Below the pieces are notes generated by a model. It was not told the origin of the DNA. It worked only from the letters and a program-made list of their open reading frames with translations, and did not search any database. The translations under genes and the position numbers were made by a program. This document shows, one piece after another, positions 9,722 to 19,618 of a stretch of 64,000 bases of DNA (its first letter is position 1; each line of letters begins with the position of its first letter). The DNA is from Trueperaceae bacterium (lineage in GTDB: Bacteria > Deinococcota > Deinococci > Deinococcales > Trueperaceae): the NCBI GenBank assembly GCA_965213705.1, contig OZ243913.1, positions 64,001 to 128,000 of the forward strand, in the 5' to 3' direction.

Positions 9722-10546
9722 TCATCCCTGCCGCCTCGAGACCGCCAACGCTACCCCCGACGTGACGACGAGCAGCAGCAAGGTCAGCGCCGCCGCGTAG
9801 CCGAACTGCAGGCGTTCGAAAGCGGTTTCGTAGAGGTAATAGCCGACGACGCGGGTACTCCCGTAGGGCCCGCCGCGCGTGAGCAAAAAGACCGCCGTGT
9901 ACGACTGCACCGCCGCGACCGTGCCGATGACGCTCAGAAAAACGAAGGTAGGGCGCAGCAGCGGCGACACGACGAAGCGCTGGACTTGGCTTTCGGTCGC
10001 GCCGTCGACCCGCGCCGCCTCTTTGACTTCGGCCGGGATGCCGCGCAGCGCCGCCGAGACGACCAACACGCCGTAGCCCACGTACTGCCAGAGCGTAAAC
10101 AGCACAACGAACACAAGAGCCGCCCACGGCTCGAAGTCCCAGGGAAGGGACAAGCCGGTCAGCTCTTTGACGAGCCCGTAACTCGGCTCGTAGAGCAGGT
10201 TCCAAGCGATGACCGAACCCGCGACGGTCATGAGTCCGGGCAAAAACAGCAGCGCCTTGACGAAGCGCTCCACGCGCGTGCCCGCGATACCCAGCGCGAT
10301 GACGCGCGACAACCACAAAAAACTGGGCAACAGCAGCGCGGCGAAAAAAAACGTCGTGCGGAGCGAGCGCCACAGGTCGGCGTCGCGCCACAGACGTGCA
10401 AAGTTAGCCAGGCCGACCGGTTGCGGGGCCGACAAGCCCGACCACTCCCAAGCGGAAAAACGGACCACGCTGACCAGCGGGAAAAGCGCGAACACCGCCA
10501 TCAGCAACAGGGCGGGCAGGGCGAAAAGCCGGGCGCGTTTGGACAT
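9722..10546 (-). CDS. Sugar ABC transporter permease
   Basis: VGLANF, EVKEAARVDGA, LTRGGP, FGYAAA motifs. Confidence 0.92.
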   Translation of the reverse strand: MSKRARLFALPALLLMAVFALFPLVSVVRFSAWEWSGLSAPQPVGLANFARLWRDADLWRSLRTTFFFAALLLPSFLWLSRVIALGIAGTRVERFVKALLFLPGLMTVAGSVIAWNLLYEPSYGLVKELTGLSLPWDFEPWAALVFVVLFTLWQYVGYGVLVVSAALRGIPAEVKEAARVDGATESQVQRFVVSPLLRPTFVFLSVIGTVAAVQSYTAVFLLTRGGPYGSTRVVGYYLYETAFERLQFGYAAALTLLLLVVTSGVALAVSRRQG

Positions 10547-10662
10547 CAGGATTTAGACATCAGGTAGGGGTCGGACACGGGTCAACTCGGGCATGGGTCA
10601 GTGAAAACGGCGCGGTGACTGTGGGGGCCGCCGCGAAGGCGTGCGCCCTGAAAGGGTGAGCA

Positions 10663-11217
10663 TCAAAAAAGGTAGCGCACGCCTAAACTCAGGGGCAGGA
10701 GGTCGCTCGAGGCCAGCTCTACGGCCAGGGTGTCGAAGTAGTAGCGCACCTGCAGCGCCCAGGCGAGCGAAAAACTGCGGGGCGCGTAACCCAGCCCCAG
10801 GTAGGCTGACACCGTCATCGGCAGGTTGGCGACGAACAGCAGGTCGCTCCCCAACACCGGGCCGAGGTGAAAGTTCGCGCCCCGGCTGTCCACGCCGACG
10901 TCCGCGCCGAAACCCAGCGCCAGCGGCGGCGTGGTGCCGAACGCCGGAAAAACGAGGGCGGTGCCGCTCAACCGGGTTCCGAACCCGCCGTTCAAGTCGG
11001 CGTAAAGAGCGGCGTCAAGACTCGTGTCCAAGTAGGGTACGGGCAACGCCACCTCGCCACCCACCTGAACGGCGAGCGTGCTCGTGTAGCCCACGCTGAA
11101 ATAAACCGCGTTCTCCGGAAAGGTCGAGGGTGCGGCCATCCCGAAACTCGAGCCGAGCAACAGACCGACGAGGAAACTGCGCCATAAAAGACCATGCCAA
11201 AAAAGAGCACGCCACAT
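10663..11217 (-). CDS. Putative small outer-membrane beta-barrel protein
   Basis: Signal peptide, alternating amphipathic strands, C-terminal GVRYLF. Confidence 0.6.
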   Translation of the reverse strand: MWRALFWHGLLWRSFLVGLLLGSSFGMAAPSTFPENAVYFSVGYTSTLAVQVGGEVALPVPYLDTSLDAALYADLNGGFGTRLSGTALVFPAFGTTPPLALGFGADVGVDSRGANFHLGPVLGSDLLFVANLPMTVSAYLGLGYAPRSFSLAWALQVRYYFDTLAVELASSDLLPLSLGVRYLF

Positions 11218-11550
11218 GCGTGCGAATGTAGCACGGAACCACCGGGCAAAGGGTAAAGTCTCCTAAAGTTCGCGTTTGGCCGCCTCGAGCCGAGAGCGAG
11301 GCCGCCCGTAAACCTCGTCAAAAGCGGGCGTCCAGACTTCGCACAAAGTAGAGTCGCACGAGTAGAGTCGCGCGAGTAGTGCAGCCCGGGTTCGGCCCCG
11401 TGCCGGTCAACGGCCGCCGAACCCGGGCCGCTCCAGTCATTCCGACCGAATTCAACATTGCGACCCAACCGTACCGGCCCGCTCGGCTCTTCTGCTCGGC
11501 TCTTCTGCGCGACACGTTCGGCCCAGACCAAAACAGCTAGACTTGAAACC

Positions 11551-14121
11551 ATGCTCCTGCGCCTCGCCTTTCGCAACCTGCTGCGCCACCCGTGGCGCAC
11601 GGCCGCGACGGTTACGGGTATCGCGCTCGGCATCGCCGTGATTTTAGCGACTTTGTCGGTCGGCGACAACGTGCGGGCCAACCTGAGAAGCGCGCTTCAA
11701 GCGGCGACGGGTCCGGCCGACCTCGTCGTGTCGCCGGGCGTGGCGGGCCGCGCCGTGTTGGAGGTCGCGGCCGCCGAAAGAGCCGTGACCGAGGCTGGCG
11801 GCGTGATGTACGTCACGCCGGTGCTGGAGTACCGCGCCGAGCCCGTGCGAGCCGTGACCGCGCGCCGCGACTCGGTGGTGCCGGGGGTGGGCTCGGGCTT
11901 TCAGCTCACCGGGCGCGACACGAGCGCGCCCCAACGGGTGCCGGCCAAGCTGCGCGCGGGGACGCTGCCCGAGAGCGGCTCCGGCGGCGTCGCCGTCGGC
12001 GCGGACTTCGCCGCGCAGCGGGGCTTCGAGCTGGGCAGCAGCGTCGAGTTCATCACCCGGTTCGGGCTCGTCTCACTCACGGTCACGGGGCTGCTCGAGA
12101 ACAACAGCGGCCTCGGCAGCACCAACGCCGGGCGGGTCGGTTTGGTCGCGCTGGACGACTTGCAAAAAGCGCTGCGCTTGAGTGGTCGAGCTTCTTTTTT
12201 AGAGGTCGCTGTGGTGGACGGCGCGAGCGTCCCGGAGGTGCAAACCGCCCTCGAAGCTGTCCTGGGCGAAAGCTACACGGTTACGCCGCCCGCCGGGACG
12301 GGCGACTTCAGCGCGGGCGTGGTCGACACCTTGCAGGCTGGGTTGCAGGTGCTCGCCGCGACGCTGATGGCTTTGGCGGGTTTTATGGCCTACAACACCT
12401 TCGCCGCGGCGAGCGTCGAACGGCGGCGCGAGTACGCGCTGCTCCGCACCGTGGCCCTGACCCGCGCGCAGGTGCAGCGCCTGGCGCTGTTGGAGGCGGG
12501 GCTGCTGAGCGTGGCCGGCATCGTGGCGGGCGTGGTGTTCGGTTTAGCGCTGTCGTACCTCATCACTTGGGTCAACGCGGGGCTGCTCGGCTACACCTTT
12601 CGCACGCTCGTGGTGCCGCTCAGGACGCTGCTGCTGGCGAGTGGGGTGGGCGCCGCGGTGTCGCTGGCGGCGGGATACTTGCCGGCTCGAGCGGCCTCGC
12701 AAACCCCGCCCATCGTCGCCGCGCGCAACGCGCAAGAGGCGCGGCCCCTCGAGCGGCCCCTGCTGGGAGCCGTTCTGCTCGGTGTCGGCGTGGTGAGCGC
12801 GCTCAGCCCGTGGCGCGGGGTTTTGGCCTTGCTCGGCAGCGCGCTGTCGATGGGGTTGGTGTTTTTGGGCGTGGTGTTTTTGGCGCCCGTGTTGCTGCGG
12901 CCTACAGTCGCCGCGCTGCGGCCCCTCCTGCGGCGCTTCGGGGTGCAGGGCAAGCTCGGCGCGGACTTCACCTTACGCAACGCGGCCCGCAACGGCGTCG
13001 CCATCGGCGCGGTCGTCGTCGGGGTCACGCTGACGGTCGGCGTCGGCGGCATGGTCGCGGGCATCAACAAGGCGATTGCCGACTGGGTGGCGACGACGGT
13101 CGTCGGCGACCTGTTCGTGACCGCGCCGCCGGGCTTTCCGCAAGGTTTCGGAGCTGAAGTGCTGCGCAAGGTGCCCGGTATCAGTGAGACGAGCGGCGTC
13201 GGGGTGCGCGTGGTGCGGTTTCAGCCGCAAGCTGCAGACGGTCAAACCGGGGAAGAAATGCGGGGCCGCAGCGTCGCCCTCGTCCTCGTCGACCCGGAAC
13301 GCTTCGACCCGACAACGGGCTTCGGCAGTTTTCAGTACCTCTCGGGTCAGGGCGACGCGGCGGCTGGTTACCAAACCCTAAAGGCGGGCGGCGTGCTCGC
13401 GGCCAACACCCTACGCGAACGCTTCGGCGTGGGCGCGGGCGACCGCGTGAGCCTGCGCACGAGCGAAGGCTTTCGCGACTTCGCGGTCGGCGGCGTCGTG
13501 GTGGACTTTACCGGCGGCGGCGAAGCCTTCATCGGCAGCTTGAACGACGTAGGGCGCTTCGGCGGCGGCACGCCCGACCTGTTCGTCATGAATTTAGAGC
13601 AAGGCAGCGACCCGGCCGAGGTGCGGGACGCGCTCCTGGCAACTTTCCCCGACCTTTATTTGGACGTGAGCTTAAACCAAGACTACCGCGAGCGGATTTT
13701 GAGCCTGACGAGCCAGACCTTTTACACCACCAACGCGCTTCTGGCATTGGCGGTGTTCATCGCCGCGTTGGGCGTCGCCAACACGCTCGGGATGAACCTG
13801 AGCGACCGGCAACGCGACATCGCAACCCTGCGCACCCTCGGGCTGACGCGGCGCGGGGTGCGCACGGTCATCGCGCTCGAGGGCGGTATTTTGGTGGTGT
13901 TGGGGACGCTGCTGGGCGTCGGCAGCGGCGCGCTGCTGTCGCGCGTCATCACCGCCGGAGCCAACGCGCTGACCGGTTTCGTGGTGACGCCGAGCTTTCC
14001 CTGGCCCCTGGTCTTGCTCGCGCTGGTCGCCTCGCCACTGGTCGGGTTGGTCGCCTCGCTGCTGCCCGCGCGCCGCGCCAGCAAACTTTCGCCCGTTGTG
14101 GCGCTGGGCGGCGCGGAATGA
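11551..14121 (+). CDS. FtsX-like/MacB-family ABC transporter permease (two repeats)
   Basis: AFRNLLRHPWRT, ERRREYALLRTV, DRQRDIATLRTLG, LLPARRASKLSPV; TAGACT-N7-ATG start. Confidence 0.9.
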   Translation: MLLRLAFRNLLRHPWRTAATVTGIALGIAVILATLSVGDNVRANLRSALQAATGPADLVVSPGVAGRAVLEVAAAERAVTEAGGVMYVTPVLEYRAEPVRAVTARRDSVVPGVGSGFQLTGRDTSAPQRVPAKLRAGTLPESGSGGVAVGADFAAQRGFELGSSVEFITRFGLVSLTVTGLLENNSGLGSTNAGRVGLVALDDLQKALRLSGRASFLEVAVVDGASVPEVQTALEAVLGESYTVTPPAGTGDFSAGVVDTLQAGLQVLAATLMALAGFMAYNTFAAASVERRREYALLRTVALTRAQVQRLALLEAGLLSVAGIVAGVVFGLALSYLITWVNAGLLGYTFRTLVVPLRTLLLASGVGAAVSLAAGYLPARAASQTPPIVAARNAQEARPLERPLLGAVLLGVGVVSALSPWRGVLALLGSALSMGLVFLGVVFLAPVLLRPTVAALRPLLRRFGVQGKLGADFTLRNAARNGVAIGAVVVGVTLTVGVGGMVAGINKAIADWVATTVVGDLFVTAPPGFPQGFGAEVLRKVPGISETSGVGVRVVRFQPQAADGQTGEEMRGRSVALVLVDPERFDPTTGFGSFQYLSGQGDAAAGYQTLKAGGVLAANTLRERFGVGAGDRVSLRTSEGFRDFAVGGVVVDFTGGGEAFIGSLNDVGRFGGGTPDLFVMNLEQGSDPAEVRDALLATFPDLYLDVSLNQDYRERILSLTSQTFYTTNALLALAVFIAALGVANTLGMNLSDRQRDIATLRTLGLTRRGVRTVIALEGGILVVLGTLLGVGSGALLSRVITAGANALTGFVVTPSFPWPLVLLALVASPLVGLVASLLPARRASKLSPVVALGGAE

Positions 14122-14131
14122 CGGCAGAATA

Positions 14132-14944
14132 ATGAAGGTGAACACCGCAAAGAACATGAAAAATGAGGTCGTCCTGCGGACCGAACGCGTCTCGCGAACC
14201 TACCCGATGGGCGACGAAACGGTTCACGCCCTCATCGACGTCACTTTTGAAGTGCGCCGCGGCGAGTTCGTGGCGGTGATGGGGCCGAGCGGCAGCGGCA
14301 AGAGCACCTTGCTCCACCTTCTGGGCCTCGTTGACCGGCCCGACGCGGGCGACGTGTTCGTCGAGGGACGCAGTACCAAGTCGCTCGACGACGACCAAGC
14401 AACGCTGTTGCGGCGCGACCGCTTGGGCTTCGTGTTTCAAAGTTTCGAACTCCTCCCGAGCTTGAACGCTCGCGAAAACATCCTCTTGCCCGCCGACATC
14501 GCCGGGCGGCGGCGGGCGGCTGAAACGCGCCTCGAGCCTCTAGCCCGGCAGCTCGGCCTACAGGAACGCTTAACGCACCGCCCCAGCGAACTCTCCGGCG
14601 GGCAGCGGCAGCGCGTGGCGCTGGCGCGCGCCCTCATCAACGAGCCCGCGGTGATTTTGGCCGACGAACCCACCGGCAATTTAGACACGCGCACCGGCGA
14701 CGAGGTGCTGGCGCTGCTGCGCGCGGGCGTCGATACGCACGGCTGGACGGTCGTCCTCGTCACCCACGACCGCCACGCCGCAGGCTACGCCGACCGCGTC
14801 GTCACGCTGCAAGATGGCCGGGTGGTGAGCGACGAACTGGTAAATGACGAAGCAGTGAGCGATGAAACGGTGAACGACGAAACGGTCGAGGACGAGCCTG
14901 CCGCCGGCCGCGCGGGCTCTCGTCAAGAAGCTCGAGCTTCTTGA
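14132..14944 (+). CDS. ABC transporter ATP-binding protein (LolD/MacB-like)
   Basis: [29 protein letters not shown]; alternative start at 14156. Confidence 0.93.
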   Translation: MKVNTAKNMKNEVVLRTERVSRTYPMGDETVHALIDVTFEVRRGEFVAVMGPSGSGKSTLLHLLGLVDRPDAGDVFVEGRSTKSLDDDQATLLRRDRLGFVFQSFELLPSLNARENILLPADIAGRRRAAETRLEPLARQLGLQERLTHRPSELSGGQRQRVALARALINEPAVILADEPTGNLDTRTGDEVLALLRAGVDTHGWTVVLVTHDRHAAGYADRVVTLQDGRVVSDELVNDEAVSDETVNDETVEDEPAAGRAGSRQEARAS

Positions 14945-15197
14945 CGGTGGGAAGTCTACTTTCACGCCGTCCCGGCGGTCCGGTGAGGGTTCTCGCGCAA
15001 AAAGCTCTTTTGCAAGTCGTGATGTGCTTTTTGCCACGGCCCGACCCCTTCATCAACGCGCCCACTTTCTCATGTGGTGGCGCTATACTTGAGCAGTTTG
15101 CGAGCCGCCAGGGTTTCAGGGCCGCGGGAAGCTGGACGGACCGCTCGCGGCTTCTTCGCCTTCAATCCAGGCTCGCCCTACTTCGCTACGGAGCTAG

Positions 15198-17492
15198 ATG
15201 GTCAAGATAGCCCAACTCTCTACACGCCGTCCTTGGCTCGTTTTGGGCATCTGGGGCCTTGTTTTACTCTCGGGTCTGCCGCTCGCTTTGCGCGTCGGCA
15301 CGGTGTTGACCAGCGACGTGGGCGCGGCCCCTAACAGCCAAGCCGTCAAGGTGCGCGCCCTGCTCGAGCAGAAGTTTGTCGGTTCGGGCGAGGCGGGGTC
15401 GCAAATCGTCCTCGTCGCGGACGGCCGCGACAGCGGCCTGAGTGCGGTGCGTCTCGAGCGAACCTTCGCCGCCCTGCTCGCCGACCTGCGCATCCTGCCG
15501 GGCGTAGTGGCGGTCCAGAGTTCCGCAGACAACCCGCTGCTGCCCGCTTTCGGTGCAGAAAAAGCCAGCCTCGCCCTTGTCGAGACGGACGCCGCCGACC
15601 GGGAAGCCTCGCTCCAGACCTACGCAACCCTGCGCGAACGCTTGCCCGCGGGGGACGGCGTCAGCTACTACCTGACCGGCGCGGTGGCGGTCGACCAGGA
15701 ACTGCAAAAAATAAGCAAACAAGACGCCCTGCGCGCTGAGGTTCTGGGCTTGAGCGTCAGCCTGGTCGTGCTGGCTTTGGTCTTCGGCGCGGTCGTCGCG
15801 GCGACGCTACCCTTGATTGTGGCGGTCGTGTCCATCACCTTGTCGCTGGCGGCGCTTTACCTGCTCGGCCTGGTCACGCCGGTCGCGAGCTTCGCGCTGT
15901 CGGTCGTGTCGCTGCTGGGCCTAGCGACCGGCATCGACTACGCGCTTCTAATCGTCAACCGCTACCGCGAGGAGTTGACGCAGCTCGCTCCTCAGCAGGG
16001 TGACGTTCGGCAGGATGGTATTCAGCAGAGCAGTATTCAGCAGGACGACGTTCGACAGGCCGTCCAGCGCACCACCCTGAGCGCGGGCAAGGCCGTCGTG
16101 GTGAGCGGTTTGACGGTTCTCGTCGCGCTCTCGGCGCTGCTGATTCCACCGCTGAGTTTTATCCGGAGTATCGGGGCGGCCAGCATCGTGGTGATGTTTT
16201 TCAGCGTGGCGGTGTCGGTCACCGCGCTGCCCGCGCTGCTGACGCTGTTGGGCACCCGCGTCAACCTCCTCAGGCTTACCCGCCGGGAGCCGGGTACGCG
16301 CTCTCGAGCTTTTTGGCGCGCCCGCGGCAGCGCCATCATGCGGCGGCCCGTGCTGTGGACGGTCCTGGGCGTCGCCGTCCTCCTCGCTATCGGCTGGCCC
16401 GCGCTCAACATGGAGTTGGGCATCTCCGGCATCAACGGCTTGACCGCCCAGACCGAGACGCGCCAGGCGCAAAACGTTTTGGAGCGCTTGGGTTTGGCCG
16501 ATTTGGAAGACTCGTTCGACGTGCTCGTCGACTTCGGCGAACGCGGGTTTTACTACCCGTCGTCGGTACGGGACGTGGCGCAACTCACCCGCGCGGTAGA
16601 AAAGCTCGGCGGCGTCGCCCAAGTCTACTCACCGACCACCGCGACCGGTGTGCCCGCCCTTATCACCTACCAGTACTACGCTACTCCCGACCTGGCCGCC
16701 GCCAGTCCGTTGGCCGACCTAGCGAAGGCCACCGTCAGCCGGGACGGCCGCTACGCCCTGCTGCGCGTGTTCCCCAACGAAATTTCACCCAAAACGCTCG
16801 GCACCTTGGCCGCAGGTTTGCGTGAAGCGACCGGCGTTTTGGGATTGAACGCCACGTTCGGCGGCAAACTCATCCAGGAGCAAGAATGGGCCAGCACCCT
16901 CTACGGCAGCTTCCCCTACGCGGTGATGTTCGTTTACCTGTCCACTTTCGTGCTGCTGGGTTTGGCGTTCAAGTCGGTGCTCATCCCCATAAAGTCGATT
17001 TTGCTCAACACCCTGACCGTGCTGGCCGCCTTCGGCGCGATTACCGCCGTGTTTCAAATGGGTTTTCTGGCCCCACTGTTCGGTCTCAGCGGCGGCCTCG
17101 GTTTTGTCGAAACGAGCGTGCCGGTGTTTATCTTCGCAGTCGTCTTCGGCCTCAGCATGGACTACGAGGTTTTTTTGGTCTCGCGCATCTACGAGGGCCA
17201 CCAGCGGGGCTTGAGCGACCGCGACGCCGTCCTGCACGCGCTGGTCTCGACCGGCAACGTTATCAGCAGCGCCGCTTTAATCATGGTCATCGTGTTCTCG
17301 ATTTTTATTTTCAGCCACATCGTCCTCATCAAAACCCTGAGTTTGGGCCTCAGCGTCGCGGTACTTCTCGACGCGACGCTGGTCCGTTCGGCGCTCGTTC
17401 CCGCGATGATGCTGCTGATGGGCAAGTGGAACTGGTGGTTGCCCAAACCCGTGGCGCGGATTGCCAAGCGGGTGGACTTTGGGCATGATTGA
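15198..17492 (+). CDS. MMPL family RND-type transporter
   Basis: GLATGIDYALLIVNRYREEL, FGLSMDYEVFLVSRIYE, LMGKWNWWLP. Confidence 0.93.
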   Translation: MVKIAQLSTRRPWLVLGIWGLVLLSGLPLALRVGTVLTSDVGAAPNSQAVKVRALLEQKFVGSGEAGSQIVLVADGRDSGLSAVRLERTFAALLADLRILPGVVAVQSSADNPLLPAFGAEKASLALVETDAADREASLQTYATLRERLPAGDGVSYYLTGAVAVDQELQKISKQDALRAEVLGLSVSLVVLALVFGAVVAATLPLIVAVVSITLSLAALYLLGLVTPVASFALSVVSLLGLATGIDYALLIVNRYREELTQLAPQQGDVRQDGIQQSSIQQDDVRQAVQRTTLSAGKAVVVSGLTVLVALSALLIPPLSFIRSIGAASIVVMFFSVAVSVTALPALLTLLGTRVNLLRLTRREPGTRSRAFWRARGSAIMRRPVLWTVLGVAVLLAIGWPALNMELGISGINGLTAQTETRQAQNVLERLGLADLEDSFDVLVDFGERGFYYPSSVRDVAQLTRAVEKLGGVAQVYSPTTATGVPALITYQYYATPDLAAASPLADLAKATVSRDGRYALLRVFPNEISPKTLGTLAAGLREATGVLGLNATFGGKLIQEQEWASTLYGSFPYAVMFVYLSTFVLLGLAFKSVLIPIKSILLNTLTVLAAFGAITAVFQMGFLAPLFGLSGGLGFVETSVPVFIFAVVFGLSMDYEVFLVSRIYEGHQRGLSDRDAVLHALVSTGNVISSAALIMVIVFSIFIFSHIVLIKTLSLGLSVAVLLDATLVRSALVPAMMLLMGKWNWWLPKPVARIAKRVDFGHD

Positions 17493-17599
17493 GGATAGAC
17501 GACAATTAACTTTGAGATTGGTTGGGCGAAGCAAATTCGATCTACGGGTCAAAGCAGTCAAACCTACGAGGGACATCTACGACCTCGGGCTTTTGATGA

Positions 17600-17628
17600 T
17601 TGACCCGGCTTCCAAAAACGCCTATCCT
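17600..17628 (+). promoter_or_regulatory. Sigma70-type promoter for the leaderless parDE transcript
   Basis: TTGACC-N17-TATCCT, 6 nt before ATG 17635. Confidence 0.7.
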
Positions 17629-17634
17629 TGAAGT

Positions 17635-17919
17635 ATGTCTATCGAACTTCCCCAAGAAGCCGAGCAGTTTGTCAAGCAGCAGCTCGCCACCGGGCAATAC
17701 GCTGACGAGAGCGCGGTCGTGGCCGAAGCGCTGGCGCGCTGGCAGCAGCAGAAGGCGGTAGAAGCGGACATCCGTGCCGAGGTGCAACGCGGCCTTGATG
17801 ACTTAAATGCTGGACGCTACCGGACGGTCAGTACCTCCGAAGAAGCGAAGGCATTTGGCAATGAAATTAAGCAGCGTGCCAAGAAGCTGAAAGCCGAGCG
17901 TGAGCAACGCGCCCGCTGA
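17635..17919 (+). CDS. parD: Type II TA antitoxin, ParD family (ribbon-helix-helix)
   Basis: MSIELPQEAEQFVKQQLATGQYADESAVVAEAL...GLDDLNAGR; overlaps the toxin start. Confidence 0.85.
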   Translation: MSIELPQEAEQFVKQQLATGQYADESAVVAEALARWQQQKAVEADIRAEVQRGLDDLNAGRYRTVSTSEEAKAFGNEIKQRAKKLKAEREQRAR

Positions 17920-18227
17920 TGGGTGTTTACCGCATATCCGATGAAGCCGCCGCAAACCTTGCCGAGCTGACGGATGGCATGATGGAGCGGGGCGCAAGTC
18001 CTGAGAGCACAGACCGTTTTGTTGATGGACTGTTGGAGAGCTTTCAAAACCTGGCCGATTTCCCCGACATTGGAACCCCTCGGGACTACCTCCCCGCCTC
18101 CGTTCTGGCTTTTCCTTACCGCAATCACATGATCTACTATCGTAAGACCGCTGAGGGCGTCGAAATTGCGCAGGTATTGTATGGCGGCAGGAATATGGAA
18201 ACCTATTTTTTAGGGCGGGATGAGTAA
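17919..18227 (+). CDS. parE: Type II TA toxin, RelE/ParE family
   Basis: YRISDEAAANL...LADFPDIG...HMIYYR...VEIAQVLYGGRN. Confidence 0.87.
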   Translation: MGVYRISDEAAANLAELTDGMMERGASPESTDRFVDGLLESFQNLADFPDIGTPRDYLPASVLAFPYRNHMIYYRKTAEGVEIAQVLYGGRNMETYFLGRDE

Positions 18228-18265
18228 GGCTCTTCGGCCCTTGTGTTCTACTGCGGACTAGGTAT

Positions 18266-18467
18266 ATGCTCATCACTTTTCTATTTTCAGCCCCATCATC
18301 TTCATCAGAACCCTGAGTTTGGGCCTCAGCGTGGCGTCGCGGTGCTCCTCCACGCTGGTCCGCTCGGCCCTCGTCCCCGCAATGATGCTGATGAGCAAGT
18401 GGAACTGGTGGTTGTCGAAGCCCGTGGCAAGAATCGACAAGTGGGTGGACTTTGGGTATGATTGAGG
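18266..18467 (+). pseudogene. Decayed direct copy of the MMPL gene 3' end (17283-17494), including the stop codon
   Basis: ccctgagtttgggcctcagcg, caagtggaactggtggttg and ggtggactttgggYatgattgagg shared with the MMPL end; indels present. Confidence 0.9.
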
Positions 18468-18475
18468 CCACTTCA

Positions 18476-18504
18476 TTGAAAGCTTGACTGAATTCAGTTA
18501 GATT
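18476..18504 (+). promoter_or_regulatory. Promoter of the TIR gene with a palindrome in the spacer
   Basis: TTGAAA-N17-TAGATT, 6 nt before GTG 18511; perfect palindrome actgaattcagt at 18487-18498. Confidence 0.6.
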
Positions 18505-18510
18505 AGTTGT

Positions 18511-19569
18511 GTGGACTTCAGTCAGCTAATGCTTGAGCCTGAGCAAATTGAGTTACTCGTATCGCTTGTTCAAACAGATAGGAAACTGCCTTATAAGAAT
18601 CGGGGTGAGTTCATATTTGTAAAAGATATGGATGGTAGCTCAGTGGGCCACGAAAAGTTACCTAACGGTGGCTTTGAAGTTTCCCGTGGTGATTTAGAAG
18701 CTCTTGAAGACGAAAAACTTATTAAATGCCGCCCATCAAACTCTAACCTAGAGTTTTCTTTCTCTATCACGCCACGCGGCTCAGCCTATTTTGACTTCCT
18801 CACTGCGCCAGACCAAACAGCCTCTTCTCAAAATATGTCAGAACAAGCCGTTCAAGTGGAGCAGCCGAAAGGTGGAGCATTGAAACCATTAACTAAGGAT
18901 GCGGTCTATAACGCTTCCTTACAGTTGATAAAGGAAATCGGTAGTATCACAACTCTGGACGTAAAGAACAGACTAAGAGAGCTGAATTATCACGCAATAC
19001 AATCAAATGTTTCTTCTCTAATGTTAGAAATAGCAATGGACAAGAGTTGGCAATGGGTAGTACAAGAGGATCACCGCGTTTACTCTCTGCCAACAGCCTC
19101 AAATAGAGAAATTATGAGTTCGTCAAAAAAGGTTTTTATCATTCACGGGCACGACAAATTGACATTGGATAAAGTCGAAAATACGTTGTGGCGTATTGGC
19201 TGCGAACCCATCGTTTTTTCGAGAATTCACAATCGGGGTGCAAAAACAAATATAGAAATTCTTGAGAGCGCCCTTCCTACATCTGATGCTGTCGTTGCCC
19301 TACTAACACCAGATGACGAGGGAAGAAAAAAAGGTATAGAGAAACTCGAGCTGCGAGCACGCCAAAATGTTTTAATTGAAGCTGGCTATGCTTTAATCTC
19401 GAGAAGGAAAACATCTCTGATTGTAGCGCTTGGTGGTGTCAGCATTCCTTCTGACCTTGATGGAATAAATCGGTTACAATTTGAGTCTTGGAACAGATCA
19501 GCAGAAATTGATTTATCTCGAGAGCTAGGTAGCATTCTTGAGTTTGAAGTAGACGTAAATCGTATATAA
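18511..19569 (+). CDS. TIR-domain protein (predicted nucleotide-binding, CAP12/PycTIR-type TIR) with two N-terminal winged-helix-like domains
   Basis: KKVFIIHGHD...LLTPDDEG...RARQNVLIEAG...IPSDLDGI; markedly AT-rich. Confidence 0.85.
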   Translation: MDFSQLMLEPEQIELLVSLVQTDRKLPYKNRGEFIFVKDMDGSSVGHEKLPNGGFEVSRGDLEALEDEKLIKCRPSNSNLEFSFSITPRGSAYFDFLTAPDQTASSQNMSEQAVQVEQPKGGALKPLTKDAVYNASLQLIKEIGSITTLDVKNRLRELNYHAIQSNVSSLMLEIAMDKSWQWVVQEDHRVYSLPTASNREIMSSSKKVFIIHGHDKLTLDKVENTLWRIGCEPIVFSRIHNRGAKTNIEILESALPTSDAVVALLTPDDEGRKKGIEKLELRARQNVLIEAGYALISRRKTSLIVALGGVSIPSDLDGINRLQFESWNRSAEIDLSRELGSILEFEVDVNRI

Positions 19570-19618
19570 AACTTTGCCAACTTGGAAACGCTACACCAAT
19601 AATAATTTTCCCATCAAC

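Noticed and set aside
6704..10546. Missing ATPase in the sugar ABC cluster as an anomaly
   Set aside because: CUT1 systems commonly share an MsmK/MalK-type ATPase encoded elsewhere
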